From assembly GCA_963977015.1 (NCBI GenBank), contig CAXBMO010000003.1:160001-224000 (forward strand): DNA of 64,000 nucleotides, given 5' to 3'. Shown here piece by piece: positions 1-9,596 of the stretch. Both the position numbers and the translations under genes were made by a program. The DNA comes from an uncultured bacterium (GTDB lineage: Bacteria; Verrucomicrobiota; Verrucomicrobiia; Verrucomicrobiales; DEV007). The notes under the pieces were generated by a model, which was not told the origin of the DNA, ran no database searches, and saw only the letters and a program-made list of their open reading frames with translations. Within the stretch, counting starts at the first letter, position 1. Every line of letters starts with the position of its first letter.

Positions 1-1008
1 CGGGATTCCCGGGCCATCATCTTCAACGCTGATTCGCGCCGCTTCATGGTCAACCGACGCCGACAGTCGAATCGTGGGACTTTTGGAACCGTGCTTCATC
101 GCGTTGTCGATCAGGTTTGTAAGAATGGTGAGTAACGCATCCGGGCTCCCAACGATCTCCGACTCGGCCGATGGCGGTAGCACCACTTCCAACGTTGCTT
201 TTGAATCGTCAGAAATGGGCTGCATCACCTCCGCAGCTTCCCGAATCACCTCACTCAGAACCAGCGGGCGTTTCACGAGGAGACTGCCGCCACGTTCGAG
301 CCGATTGATCGTCAAAAAATTATCGACCAATCGCATCAACCTGGAATTTTCGCGGCGGAGCAAATGGTGATATTCATTGCGCTTGGCAACCTGGGCTTCA
401 GGGAGGGTTTCGAGGGAATCGGTGATGGCACGGATGCCGGCGAGAGGAGTCCGGATTTCGTGCGAAAACGTCGAGAGCACGTCACTTCGCAGGTCTTCGA
501 GCCGCAAACTGCGTAGCAAAATCCAGCCACAGGTGCCCGCCATGGTAAGCGTGGTGAGGAGAAGGATGGCAGGAAGTCGCCACACTTCCAATCGGGCGCC
601 GCGCAGTCCCTCGACAAGGTCATCGCTCATCAGGCCGGAGACACGAACCCACCCTTGGATCGATTCCGTGTTGATGGGAACCACGACCTCATCCTCAAGT
701 TGAGGTGGTGGCTGCTTTGATTCCAGCAGTTCGATCACCGGCCTTTCGCCAAACACCTGGCGCAAGTTTTTCTCCAAAACGACGGCTGGTGATTGGGTGC
801 CGCCGGGCTGTGTTTCCAACCGATCGATCGCCCGAATCAAGGCGGATTGGTAAACCTGCCGGACGGCGGTCTCAGCTTCGGTGCGATCGCGAGCCAAAAG
901 CACCATCCGTTCCCTCAGCAACACTGCTGTCGGGATCAATGGGAGAAGCGCCAACAGTGCGAGCATTGCGTGGATCTGGCGACGCTGGAGTTGAACTGGA
1001 CTCGACAC
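1..1008 (-). CDS. Sensor histidine kinase (HisKA + HATPase_c), runs off the left edge
   Basis: Not in the ORF track because its stop lies outside the window. Read manually on the minus strand: two TM segments, H-box 'FSHEIRTPL', N-box 'LTNLIDNAMKH', G1 box 'VEDDGPGIP' at positions 1-27. Start is GTG 1008 or ATG 966. Confidence 0.9.
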   Translation of the reverse strand, partial: MSSPVQLQRRQIHAMLALLALLPLIPTAVLLRERMVLLARDRTEAETAVRQVYQSALIRAIDRLETQPGGTQSPAVVLEKNLRQVFGERPVIELLESKQPPPQLEDEVVVPINTESIQGWVRVSGLMSDDLVEGLRGARLEVWRLPAILLLTTLTMAGTCGWILLRSLRLEDLRSDVLSTFSHEIRTPLAGIRAITDSLETLPEAQVAKRNEYHHLLRRENSRLMRLVDNFLTINRLERGGSLLVKRPLVLSEVIREAAEVMQPISDDSKATLEVVLPPSAESEIVGSPDALLTILTNLIDNAMKHGSKSPTIRLSASVDHEAARISVEDDGPGIP

Positions 1009-1042
1009 ACCTAAATCTGGTTGGCGGAGCGGAGTTTTCAAA

Positions 1043-1744
1043 CTATTCCCCGGCTGGATCGAGGAGTTCGACACCGTCGGGCATGTAGGAATCAATCTCC
1101 AAGGCGTTCTCCGTATCTTCGTCGAGGCGGGGAATGAAGCGCTTTTCACCATCCCGCTTCATTCGCTCCTTGGTTACGCTTCCGTCCACTCGAACGACGA
1201 TTGCCTGCCTTCCGGCCCATGCCCCGCCTTTTTCGCCCACCTTGGAATGATAGAATCCGCTTCCATCGGTGCCATCGACGATCAAGGGCCAAAAGGAACG
1301 CGATGTCGTGAGGAGCCCTGAGATATAGGCAAAGTGATTCTCCCCCGGTTCCAACGCCTGCCCTTCGCTGAACCTGCCATCGGCCCGCTGGCCCCAAGCG
1401 GATGCCGAGACCGCGAAAACGCGCTCGTTGTCGATCAGGTCGGGAATGAGGTGCCGAAAGACATCGTTCGAGCTACTGATGCTCACGCCTTCGGATTCCA
1501 GGATTTCCCGGTTCGGAAAGATTCCTTCGAAATCCTGCGCCCAGGAATTGAGCGCGATTCCGATGCCGCGGGCATGCTGGGCGGCTTGAGTTTGGCGGGC
1601 GGTTTGAATCGCTGACTGGATGCCCGGCAAGGCAGCGGCGCTGAGAATCGCGATGACCGCCATCGTGGCCAGGAGTTCGATGAGCGTGAAGCCGGCCCGG
1701 ACTTCGGGGGATTGATGTGGCCGTGAGGTTTGTGGTCTGTTCAT
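1043..1744 (-). CDS. Prepilin-type N-terminal cleavage/methylation domain protein
   Basis: 'AG|FTLIELLATMAVIAILSAAALP' class III signal with Glu at +5; C-terminal 'VVRVDGSV' typical of PVC pilin-like proteins. Confidence 0.9.
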   Translation of the reverse strand: MNRPQTSRPHQSPEVRAGFTLIELLATMAVIAILSAAALPGIQSAIQTARQTQAAQHARGIGIALNSWAQDFEGIFPNREILESEGVSISSSNDVFRHLIPDLIDNERVFAVSASAWGQRADGRFSEGQALEPGENHFAYISGLLTTSRSFWPLIVDGTDGSGFYHSKVGEKGGAWAGRQAIVVRVDGSVTKERMKRDGEKRFIPRLDEDTENALEIDSYMPDGVELLDPAGE

Positions 1745-1769
1745 GATGGAACCAGAATTCCAGGCGCTC

Positions 1770-1785
1770 GTTACGGCTTCGTTAC
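1770..1785. promoter_or_regulatory. Direct repeat GTTAC-N6-GTTAC (11-bp period), candidate OmpR/PhoB-family binding site
   Basis: gttac at 1770-1774 and 1781-1785, between the divergent prepilin and MFS genes. Confidence 0.35.
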
Positions 1786-1799
1786 CGGGGCGTTTTTAG

Positions 1800-3059
1800 T
1801 TGGCGAAATGGAGGGCGGGAGCATGCCGGTTGCATTTGCCTCACGCCAAGATTACACAACCCGCTTTGACGGCCTCTGAAATCACATCCCGAACCTTTCG
1901 ATGGGAAGCCATGCGTGCCGCTTCATCCGGGATTCTGGAAACCGCGCTTTTGACGTTCGCGTTGCTGATTGCGATCGAGGCGTTTGAGAGTGGCAACACG
2001 ATCAAGGCCTTCCTGCTGGCGAGTCCGCCCATTGGATTAATCGCCACGCTCTTTGTGGTTCCACTCATGCGCCGGCTAAAGCGGACGGTCACGAGAATGG
2101 CGATGGAGATCAATTTGGTGGGCGCATGCGGATTCTTTGTCGCGGCAACCTTTTCGAATTCGATCTGGTGTTATGCCATTGGGCTCAGCCTCGGCTTTGT
2201 CTGTTCGTCGCTCCAAATCCCGCTCCACACGCATTGGCTACGGAGCAATTACCCGGCCAAGGATCGAGGCAGGTTGTTCGGTGGCGCCAGTTTTGTTCGC
2301 GCGGTCTCAAGCATGATTTTCGGATTGCTTGGGGGGTGGATGTTGGAACGAGACTTCACCAGTTACCCTACTCTGATCGCGATTTTCGGCTGCTGCATGT
2401 TGTTCTCTGCCTTTGCGATTTCCCGCCTGCCCGTTCCCTCCTACGCCCCCGCGGCGACTCCCGGATTGTTTCAAGCGATGAAATGGATTCGGATCGACCG
2501 CAGATTCCGCTGGGTCCTCATTTCGGCGATGGCGATGGGCTTCGGAGTTCTCACCTCCGCCGCGTTGCGTGTGGACTATGTCGCCAATCCCGAGTTTGGG
2601 CTCGATTTCAGCGAAACGCGGGTTGCCCTGCTCACCTCAACCCTGCCGGCGTTGATGCGAATCCTGACGACGTTTTTCTGGGGGATCATGTTTGATCGGA
2701 TTAACTTTATTGTTCTCCGCATCGTTCTAAACATCTTCTTCGGTCTGTCCCTGTTTCTCTATTTCTGGACCGAGCAGTTCTGGGTAATCGCCATTGGTGC
2801 CGCCCTGGCCGGAGTGGCGCGGGGCGGAGGTGAGATCGTGTGGAATCTTTGGGTGACCAAACTTGCTCCGGAAGATCACACGGCGGATTACATGTCCGTG
2901 CACACCTTCCTAACTGGGCTGCGGGGATTTATGGCGCCGTTTCTTGGCTTCTCGGTCGTTGCCGCGCTTTCGCTCGACGGCATGATTTTCATGTGCCTCG
3001 GCTTCATCCTGCTTTCAATTCTGATCCTGGTTCCCCTGGCGAGGAATTGGGAGAAGTGA
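1800..3059 (+). CDS. MFS transporter
   Basis: About 12 hydrophobic helices; 'YPAKDRGRLFG' and 'WGIMFDR' MFS-type loops. The true start may be slightly downstream. Confidence 0.85.
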   Translation: MAKWRAGACRLHLPHAKITQPALTASEITSRTFRWEAMRAASSGILETALLTFALLIAIEAFESGNTIKAFLLASPPIGLIATLFVVPLMRRLKRTVTRMAMEINLVGACGFFVAATFSNSIWCYAIGLSLGFVCSSLQIPLHTHWLRSNYPAKDRGRLFGGASFVRAVSSMIFGLLGGWMLERDFTSYPTLIAIFGCCMLFSAFAISRLPVPSYAPAATPGLFQAMKWIRIDRRFRWVLISAMAMGFGVLTSAALRVDYVANPEFGLDFSETRVALLTSTLPALMRILTTFFWGIMFDRINFIVLRIVLNIFFGLSLFLYFWTEQFWVIAIGAALAGVARGGGEIVWNLWVTKLAPEDHTADYMSVHTFLTGLRGFMAPFLGFSVVAALSLDGMIFMCLGFILLSILILVPLARNWEK

Positions 3060-3062
3060 CCA

Positions 3063-5573
3063 TCAGTTGCCATCGAGGATCTTTTTCGCCTCGTCAGGGC
3101 TCAATCCCCCGACCGGAAGCGGATAACCAAGCGTGTCCCCATTGGGCGTGAAGCCATCGCCATCCAGGTCCACGAAAACCGGGTTGTTATAGACACACGG
3201 CTGGATGCTGCGCTGGGGGCTGGTCCCGAAGCCCTTCTCCAAGGTCGAGTTCTCGCCGATGCCGACGACAATGAGGTGAGAATCCTCTTCGAGCTCGATC
3301 TCAAGGGTTTGGTCAAACCGAATCGTCCCATCCTGGAACCAGTCCGGATGGCTCTCCTTCGTGAAATTGAGGGTTGGTTCTTGTCGGCCATTGACGAGGA
3401 CTTGAACCCGATCCACGTCATACCAATCCGCGCACTGGATCTGAACCCCCAGTTTCAATGGCCCCGTTCCCGTGATCGTCTCGCCTGGCAACACGTCCTC
3501 TTCTCCCAAATTGAGTTTCATGAACGGCCCACTGGATAGCATCATGTGCCCAGCGCGGGCATGCTGGACCATTTCCTTCCAGTCGACTTGGGCCGGATCG
3601 TCCGTGGAGCTCGGAAGATAAGTCCGCCAACTTCCAACGCCATTCCCATACACGGTATGAGCGTCAGCCACGGCGACAGCCCACACCTGCGTCCCCTGGT
3701 TCAGTAACTGAAGCCAGACAAATTCGCGGAAGTGGTCGATTCTCGACCCCTTCGCCAAGGGATCGCGCAACCGGAACGGTGCGGTCTGCAGGATATTTGT
3801 CGTGCGATAATTCTGCGTCTCAATACCATCACAAAAGGCCATCAACTGGGAGAATCCACCGTCGGCCACACCGTCTTTGTTTCGGTCGATAAAGTTCTCG
3901 CTCATATCGGGATGATTGATCTGAGTCCAGCGATTGGGATCCCAACCACCCAGATTTCGGAGGCGATGCATATTGACCCGGGGATCGTTTTCCCAAACGG
4001 GTGCCCCACCATCCTGAGTTTTTGGAACGGGCGTCAGCGGAAATGCGTTGATATGCGCGCCCCGTCCCGTCAGCTCGATCCCGGGAATCGTGGAGATGAA
4101 CGGCGCCAATCCAAGCCGGTCGATATGCGGTTTCCAGTCATAGATTCGGTTGTGTTCCGTGGTGGGCGCAAACTCCAGATGTTCGGCGGCCAGATTGATG
4201 ACTCGGTCGTCAATGCCGCAGACGTTGTCGCCGCTGGGGGTCGAGTGGTTGTGAAAGTCAGCGCTCACCCAGCCCTCCGATTGGATTTGCCGATCCAACT
4301 TGGCAACCACATCGACCGTTTCTCCCACACCCAGAGCGATGGATTTCTCGAAGTGACCATATTCGGGGCCACGCGTGACGACGACGCGGTATTCCCCCGG
4401 AGGAAGCTTCACCAGAAAGTTCCCCTTGGCTGAATGCCACTGGTCTGCGCAGCCGGCTGCTCGGATGGTCGGTCCGAGATTGGGATTGGAAGTTCCGTTG
4501 ATCCCATGAAACTGAACTTTTGATGGGATCGCATTCCCCTCATCATCATGAACCTGGAAGTTGACGCCGGAGTAAGGCTTCAATTTCGCAACAACCGGCA
4601 CCGCTGAATCTCCTACGGTTACTTTTGTGGAAACCCCTTCCCGCCCGGGCGCGGAAACGGAAACCGGAAAGTCACCCTTGAGAAAGGGGATCTCCAACGA
4701 TCCATCCGGTTTTGGGTAGGCCGGGATTTTCGTTCGTGAGGTCGTTTCCAAACCAACCACGGCATCGTCCACCGGATGGCCCGCCTCATCCGCGACCAAC
4801 ATGCTGAGATTGCCCCCTTCCTTCCTTTCATTTGCCAAAATCCCAACCGCTTCCGCTGGAGAATAGCCAACCGCCATGAAACGACGAATGGTAAGGGTTT
4901 CGCCGGCTCCAATCGGCAACTTTGCATCCTTGACGCTCTTCTCGGAAGGCTCCAGCCAACCGAAGGCATAACCACACAAATAGGAAGGGTCGACGGAATC
5001 AGCCCAGTGATAAGCACCGAAGATTCCTTGCTTCTCAAATCGCGTCCAATGATCTCTCACCATGACCTCGCTCTCACGGTCCAACTCATTGGTAAAGGTT
5101 GTGGTGATGAAGAGTCCGTTCATGCCGTCACGCACCCGGTATTCGTGCCGAACCGCGACGCCACCATGCTTTGCCGCCGTGATCACCACTTCGACCGCAG
5201 CCTCGTCCTTGTCATTGTCCTCCACGATTTTGACCCAGGATACTTCCCCTCTCAGGTTGCAGGGGCTGAAGACCGTCATCTGATCGTTGTCTTCCCCTCG
5301 AATCGTCAGGTCATAGAGGCAACCGGGAGTCTCTCCGCCCGAACCGAAAAAGGTTCCCATGTTCGCTCGGCGATGCGGAGCATTGTGGGCAATCACTGCT
5401 TCGATGCGGTCCGTCCGGAGAAGGAAGTCTCCCACAATACCGTCCGCCTCGCGGCCTCCCGGCAATTCATCGACGTTTCCGTGATGGATCTCGATCGCTT
5501 CAGCTGCAAAGCCGGCTCCAGTAAAACCAAGCCCAACTATTACCGAACAAATGACAAAGGGGTTTAGAGTCAT
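3063..5573 (-). CDS. CehA/McbA-family (PHP-like) metallohydrolase, exported
   Basis: Signal peptide; 'DFHNHS', 'TEHN', 'INHP' and 'DAH' metal-ligand motifs preceded by beta-sandwich domains ('VTRGPEY'). Confidence 0.85.
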   Translation of the reverse strand: MTLNPFVICSVIVGLGFTGAGFAAEAIEIHHGNVDELPGGREADGIVGDFLLRTDRIEAVIAHNAPHRRANMGTFFGSGGETPGCLYDLTIRGEDNDQMTVFSPCNLRGEVSWVKIVEDNDKDEAAVEVVITAAKHGGVAVRHEYRVRDGMNGLFITTTFTNELDRESEVMVRDHWTRFEKQGIFGAYHWADSVDPSYLCGYAFGWLEPSEKSVKDAKLPIGAGETLTIRRFMAVGYSPAEAVGILANERKEGGNLSMLVADEAGHPVDDAVVGLETTSRTKIPAYPKPDGSLEIPFLKGDFPVSVSAPGREGVSTKVTVGDSAVPVVAKLKPYSGVNFQVHDDEGNAIPSKVQFHGINGTSNPNLGPTIRAAGCADQWHSAKGNFLVKLPPGEYRVVVTRGPEYGHFEKSIALGVGETVDVVAKLDRQIQSEGWVSADFHNHSTPSGDNVCGIDDRVINLAAEHLEFAPTTEHNRIYDWKPHIDRLGLAPFISTIPGIELTGRGAHINAFPLTPVPKTQDGGAPVWENDPRVNMHRLRNLGGWDPNRWTQINHPDMSENFIDRNKDGVADGGFSQLMAFCDGIETQNYRTTNILQTAPFRLRDPLAKGSRIDHFREFVWLQLLNQGTQVWAVAVADAHTVYGNGVGSWRTYLPSSTDDPAQVDWKEMVQHARAGHMMLSSGPFMKLNLGEEDVLPGETITGTGPLKLGVQIQCADWYDVDRVQVLVNGRQEPTLNFTKESHPDWFQDGTIRFDQTLEIELEEDSHLIVVGIGENSTLEKGFGTSPQRSIQPCVYNNPVFVDLDGDGFTPNGDTLGYPLPVGGLSPDEAKKILDGN

Positions 5574-5638
5574 GCCCCAACCCTAGCAATTCGGATGAGG
5601 TTGGGAAGCACGAAATCTGCTATCTCAACCTGGTCGGC

Positions 5639-6907
5639 CTAACTGATGAGACGGGCCTGCAAGGCTTCAACTTCCCGCTCCAGGTCCATCCTTCTCCGTT
5701 CGTAATTGTCCATGAAGATTCGATACTCCCGACTCTCCTCTTCCAGTTGTTCCCTCTCTTCCCGGGTCAGAGCCAAACGGTTTTCAAAGAAGGCAAGCTC
5801 GTCTTTTTTCTTGTTCAGCTTTCGCTCAACTTCCGCCTCAAGACGAACCGCATCATCACAAATCGCCTGCGCCTCTGCGGAACGCGACTGAATTTGCTCC
5901 AGGTTGGTTTGCGCGTCTTCCAGATCACTCTTCAAGGTAGCCAACTGGTTGGTCAATTCTTCGTGGGATCGAATCAGTTCCGGGATCTCGGTTTTGAGTT
6001 GCTTGACGGCATCTTCCTTAACGCTCTTCTCTTTCCCGGCTTCCTCCAACTCGGCCCTTATGACCTTCAGGTTTCCGCTGTTGGTGGCCAGTTCCTTTCG
6101 AACCTCTCCTAACTCCTTCGTTGTGCTTTCCAGCTCCGCCTTGCTTTTCTCGATGCTCTCCTTCACCGTCGAAAGCACTTCTTTCTGTTTGGCGATTTCC
6201 TTCTCGAGAGCGTCGCGTTCACTCGAAACTTCCTTCTTCTTTCGCTCAAATTCTTCCTTCTCCTCCTCCATTTTTGCGGCCTCGCGCTTCCGATCGCTTT
6301 CCAACCTCTCGCGTTCTTCCTCGGTTTTCCGCATCTGTTTCTCTACGTCCCTCCGCTTGGCGGCCATGAGTTCCTCTTCCTTCTTGAGCGATTCCTCTCG
6401 CTTCGCAACCTGTCGCTTGCGGTCATCCAATGCTTTGCTGGCCTTGGCAAATTCCCGCTGTTCCTTGCGAAAGTCTTCGACATCATCTGACGCGGATTCG
6501 TCAGGACTTTTCCCCGAAGGCACGACAACGGCACCAACCAAACCGATTGTGATGCGATCGTTGAGCTTCACGGTTGCCCGGTCAATTCGGATGTCATTGA
6601 CCGAGGTCCCATTGTAAGAATCCAGATCGACGACTTCGAAAGCGGTTTCGCCGAACTTCCGCAGCTCACAATGATGGCCAGAAACGCACTGATCATTGAT
6701 CACCACATCATTGTCGGAAGAGCGCCCCACCGTCATGACGGGTTTTGCCAGCGGACAAATGAACCGGGTTCCATCGAGATTCTCTATCACCAAATCGAAC
6801 GCGCCTGTCTCTGAGGCTTGCAGGCTGGATCGTTCGGAAGTTTGACGTCCTACGGGGACCGTATTCTTACTGGGTGTCATGCGCTTGGTTGTGATCGTGA
6901 ACAACAA
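5639..6907 (-). CDS. FHA domain protein with long C-terminal coiled coil
   Basis: FHA motifs 'VGRSSDNDVVINDQCVSGHHC' and 'DLDSYNGT', then about 280 aa of E/K/R-rich heptads. Start uncertain (ATG 6880 possible). Confidence 0.85.
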   Translation of the reverse strand: MLFTITTKRMTPSKNTVPVGRQTSERSSLQASETGAFDLVIENLDGTRFICPLAKPVMTVGRSSDNDVVINDQCVSGHHCELRKFGETAFEVVDLDSYNGTSVNDIRIDRATVKLNDRITIGLVGAVVVPSGKSPDESASDDVEDFRKEQREFAKASKALDDRKRQVAKREESLKKEEELMAAKRRDVEKQMRKTEEERERLESDRKREAAKMEEEKEEFERKKKEVSSERDALEKEIAKQKEVLSTVKESIEKSKAELESTTKELGEVRKELATNSGNLKVIRAELEEAGKEKSVKEDAVKQLKTEIPELIRSHEELTNQLATLKSDLEDAQTNLEQIQSRSAEAQAICDDAVRLEAEVERKLNKKKDELAFFENRLALTREEREQLEEESREYRIFMDNYERRRMDLEREVEALQARLIS

Positions 6908-7023
6908 TCATACAATCTGATCAGTTACAGATCGAATACCTGATCCTCATACGGCAGGTGAGCTTCCGCAAGCCTGCAAAGCCACTTCCGTAAACTTTTT
7001 CGGGCTAACGCTGTCGCCCAAGC

Positions 7024-8265
7024 TCACTCACGAAATCCCAATCCCTGTGATTCCAGCTTCTGATCCGGATTCATCGGGAAGGGCTTGGACGGGATAGGAG
7101 GTGAACCGACAGACACACTTCCCCCGAATGCCGAGGGATCGACTTCGGCAACTTCAACTGCTGAATCAAGGTTCTCCACGGAGAGTCCCTCAAAGGCCAG
7201 GAAATTGGCGACCTCTTCCTTCTTGGCCTCTCGCAAATATTTGTTCCGCATGACGCCCATCAAGCCGGATTCAAGTTGCACCCAACTCCATTCTTTTCCC
7301 TGTCCGTGAATCCGCCCTACCTTGCCACCATCAACTTCCAGCGGGATCGTGTTGTCAGTTCCTGTTTCAATCAGATGAATAGGGGCCCGATTTCGATTAA
7401 CGGCGAGATATCTTAATTCCGAGTTTGGCTGAGGCCCCTCGTCCTGCATCGCCAAAAGTGAGGGACTACTGGGGAGTGTTTCCGGTTTGGTCGGATCGTT
7501 TGCAGGTTTACGATTCCACCCTCGAAAAAGGCTCCGTAAGCCCACACTCTGTTCTGGCGAATGAGGCTTCTCTTCGGTTTGGTTGGAAGGTTTGCTCGCA
7601 AAGACACGTCCCAGCCATCCTTTGTTTCCAAGAGAGGGGTCCACCACTGGGATTTCTGATCCTAATGGGGCTGACAAGGTTTCCATGGTGTTCTGTGAAT
7701 CCTCCATGGGGCGTTCCCCCAAAACCTGAAGCCATTTCTGTTCCGTTTCAGATCCTGCCAGCATTACCTTTTCCTCCTGTTGATTATTCCGGCGTTCGAT
7801 CCCAATGCGAACCAGGATGTTGCTCAGGATCGCTGCAAAGCGGGATGGTTTCCGGGTTTCCGTCACACCCGGATTGCTCGGAGAAGGAGGCGCGATTGAT
7901 TTCTCGGGCTGAGTTGGGAGCTTTCGAATTTCGGCAAGAGGCTCGCTTTTCGTTTGCTCCAAATTCACAAGGTTATCTTCAGTGGCCTCAATCTCCGTCC
8001 TTTTCTTTCTTACGGAAAAATCAAAAGGAGCCGCGATTCTGCGAAGGAGGTTCCGCGATTTCCCGGGATTTGAAAAATTCGCCTCAACGTTGGGTTCCCG
8101 GGGACTCTCCAGATTCTCAATCAGTCGTTGTTCCGCGTTCTCAATCGCAACCGTATGCTCCCGGTTTCCTCGTTCTGCTGCCTTCATTAGTTCCGCGCTG
8201 AACGACAACACAATGAAGGCGAGAAAAAGCTGGCGGAGAAAAGAAAGAGGCTTGTTCATTAACAA
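7024..8265 (-). CDS. Secreted protein with C-terminal SH3b-like domain (paralogue 1 of 3)
   Basis: Signal peptide, low-complexity middle, domain 'GKVGRIHGQGKEWSWVQLESGLMGVMRNKYL'. Confidence 0.75.
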   Translation of the reverse strand: MLMNKPLSFLRQLFLAFIVLSFSAELMKAAERGNREHTVAIENAEQRLIENLESPREPNVEANFSNPGKSRNLLRRIAAPFDFSVRKKRTEIEATEDNLVNLEQTKSEPLAEIRKLPTQPEKSIAPPSPSNPGVTETRKPSRFAAILSNILVRIGIERRNNQQEEKVMLAGSETEQKWLQVLGERPMEDSQNTMETLSAPLGSEIPVVDPSLGNKGWLGRVFASKPSNQTEEKPHSPEQSVGLRSLFRGWNRKPANDPTKPETLPSSPSLLAMQDEGPQPNSELRYLAVNRNRAPIHLIETGTDNTIPLEVDGGKVGRIHGQGKEWSWVQLESGLMGVMRNKYLREAKKEEVANFLAFEGLSVENLDSAVEVAEVDPSAFGGSVSVGSPPIPSKPFPMNPDQKLESQGLGFRE

Positions 8266-8336
8266 TTGTTAATAGTTAACCTTTGTAAGGGGTTTGTTTC
8301 AACTTGAATTTGTTGGTTTCTCAGTCAGGGAGTCCT

Positions 8337-9551
8337 CTAGTTCAGGGGCTCAGAACTATTGGTCTTCGGCGGAGAAACGGATCCATCAACCGGCAGTTGA
8401 GGTTCTGCGGAAGGCGACATGCTTCCCGACATCGAGCCGCTCAATGGAAGATCACGCACATCCAAATCCAATTCCATGACGCCGATGGCGGATTCGTGCC
8501 CCGGGCCACTACCCTCTGCGCTCTCGATGGCAAGAAACTCCATGACCTCCTCTCTGCTTGCCGGACGCAGGTGCTTATTTCGCATGACCCCCATCAAACC
8601 GGATTCCAGTTGCAGCCACGCCCATTCCTTGCCCTGCTCTTGAACCCGGCCCACTTTTCCTCCGTCCAGCTCAATCAAAAAGGTCTCGCTGGGGTCGATA
8701 TCGAAGACGTGAAATGGCGCTCCGCGTCCCTCAACTGCGCTGAACTCCATTTGTTTTCCGGTCCTGCTTACCTGACGAATGGGACCCGTTGCTTTCTCCT
8801 GCTCCCTTTCCGCAGTTGGATCTGTTTCAGACTTTCGCGAGGTTCGAGCGCGATTGGGATTGCGGGCTAACAGGAGGGCAAGTTTGGGTTCCTTTTCGCC
8901 TGACTTTGCGTTCCCGTTCTCCCCTCTGGCCTTCCGGGAGTCCAGTTTTGCCAAGAGCAAAAATGGCTGCGTGTTTTGGTCGGGTGATTTCTTTGGGACT
9001 GTAACGGGCTGGGGAGTGCTGGGTTTTTGGGGGCTAGTGGCAGGTTTTGGTGTCGGGATCGCCGCCTTGGACGCAATCAGAGTTTGAGGTTCGGTCTGTG
9101 CTTGCCGAAGGAGACGAGCCTTTTCTTCCTGATTTTCTTTTAATACCGCAAGCAGGGTACTACTCGGCGAACGAGCAGATTTGGTGGAGCGGGTTGCGGT
9201 GATGGATCGAAGTCGCTCAACCTCATAAGCAACGTCCATTTTACTGGTTAACTTCCCTTCCACCATTGTGGCGGGAATGAACGGCTTGGCCGGTTCCTGG
9301 TTGGTGAGGATGGCGTCGGCCGGATTAGGGGACGTTGTTGCTGGTGTGCTGTCGCCTTCGTTATCAGATGCGGTGATCTCCAGCGGTAGAATTCGAAAAC
9401 GATCCCGCAAGAAGTTAAGCCCAAGAATCTCACCAAGACTCTTCCGTTCTTGAGCGTTGTCCTCGGAAGTTTCGATCTCCGCACTCCATCCAGAAGCCAT
9501 TGCTGCGAGAGCAATGGCGTAAGCAAGGGTGATGAATTTAAGTTGGTTCAA
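8337..9551 (-). CDS. Secreted protein with C-terminal SH3b-like domain (paralogue 2 of 3)
   Basis: Signal peptide, P/T/K-rich middle, domain 'GKVGRVQEQGKEWAWLQLESGLMGVMRNKHL'. Confidence 0.75.
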   Translation of the reverse strand: MNQLKFITLAYAIALAAMASGWSAEIETSEDNAQERKSLGEILGLNFLRDRFRILPLEITASDNEGDSTPATTSPNPADAILTNQEPAKPFIPATMVEGKLTSKMDVAYEVERLRSITATRSTKSARSPSSTLLAVLKENQEEKARLLRQAQTEPQTLIASKAAIPTPKPATSPQKPSTPQPVTVPKKSPDQNTQPFLLLAKLDSRKARGENGNAKSGEKEPKLALLLARNPNRARTSRKSETDPTAEREQEKATGPIRQVSRTGKQMEFSAVEGRGAPFHVFDIDPSETFLIELDGGKVGRVQEQGKEWAWLQLESGLMGVMRNKHLRPASREEVMEFLAIESAEGSGPGHESAIGVMELDLDVRDLPLSGSMSGSMSPSAEPQLPVDGSVSPPKTNSSEPLN

Positions 9552-9596
9552 AAAAAAGGGGGGGCAAGTGTTTGACCAATCGTGCGCACCGAGATT

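Noticed and set aside
74-1088. Several plus-strand ORFs at the left edge
   Set aside because: They mirror the minus-strand histidine kinase.
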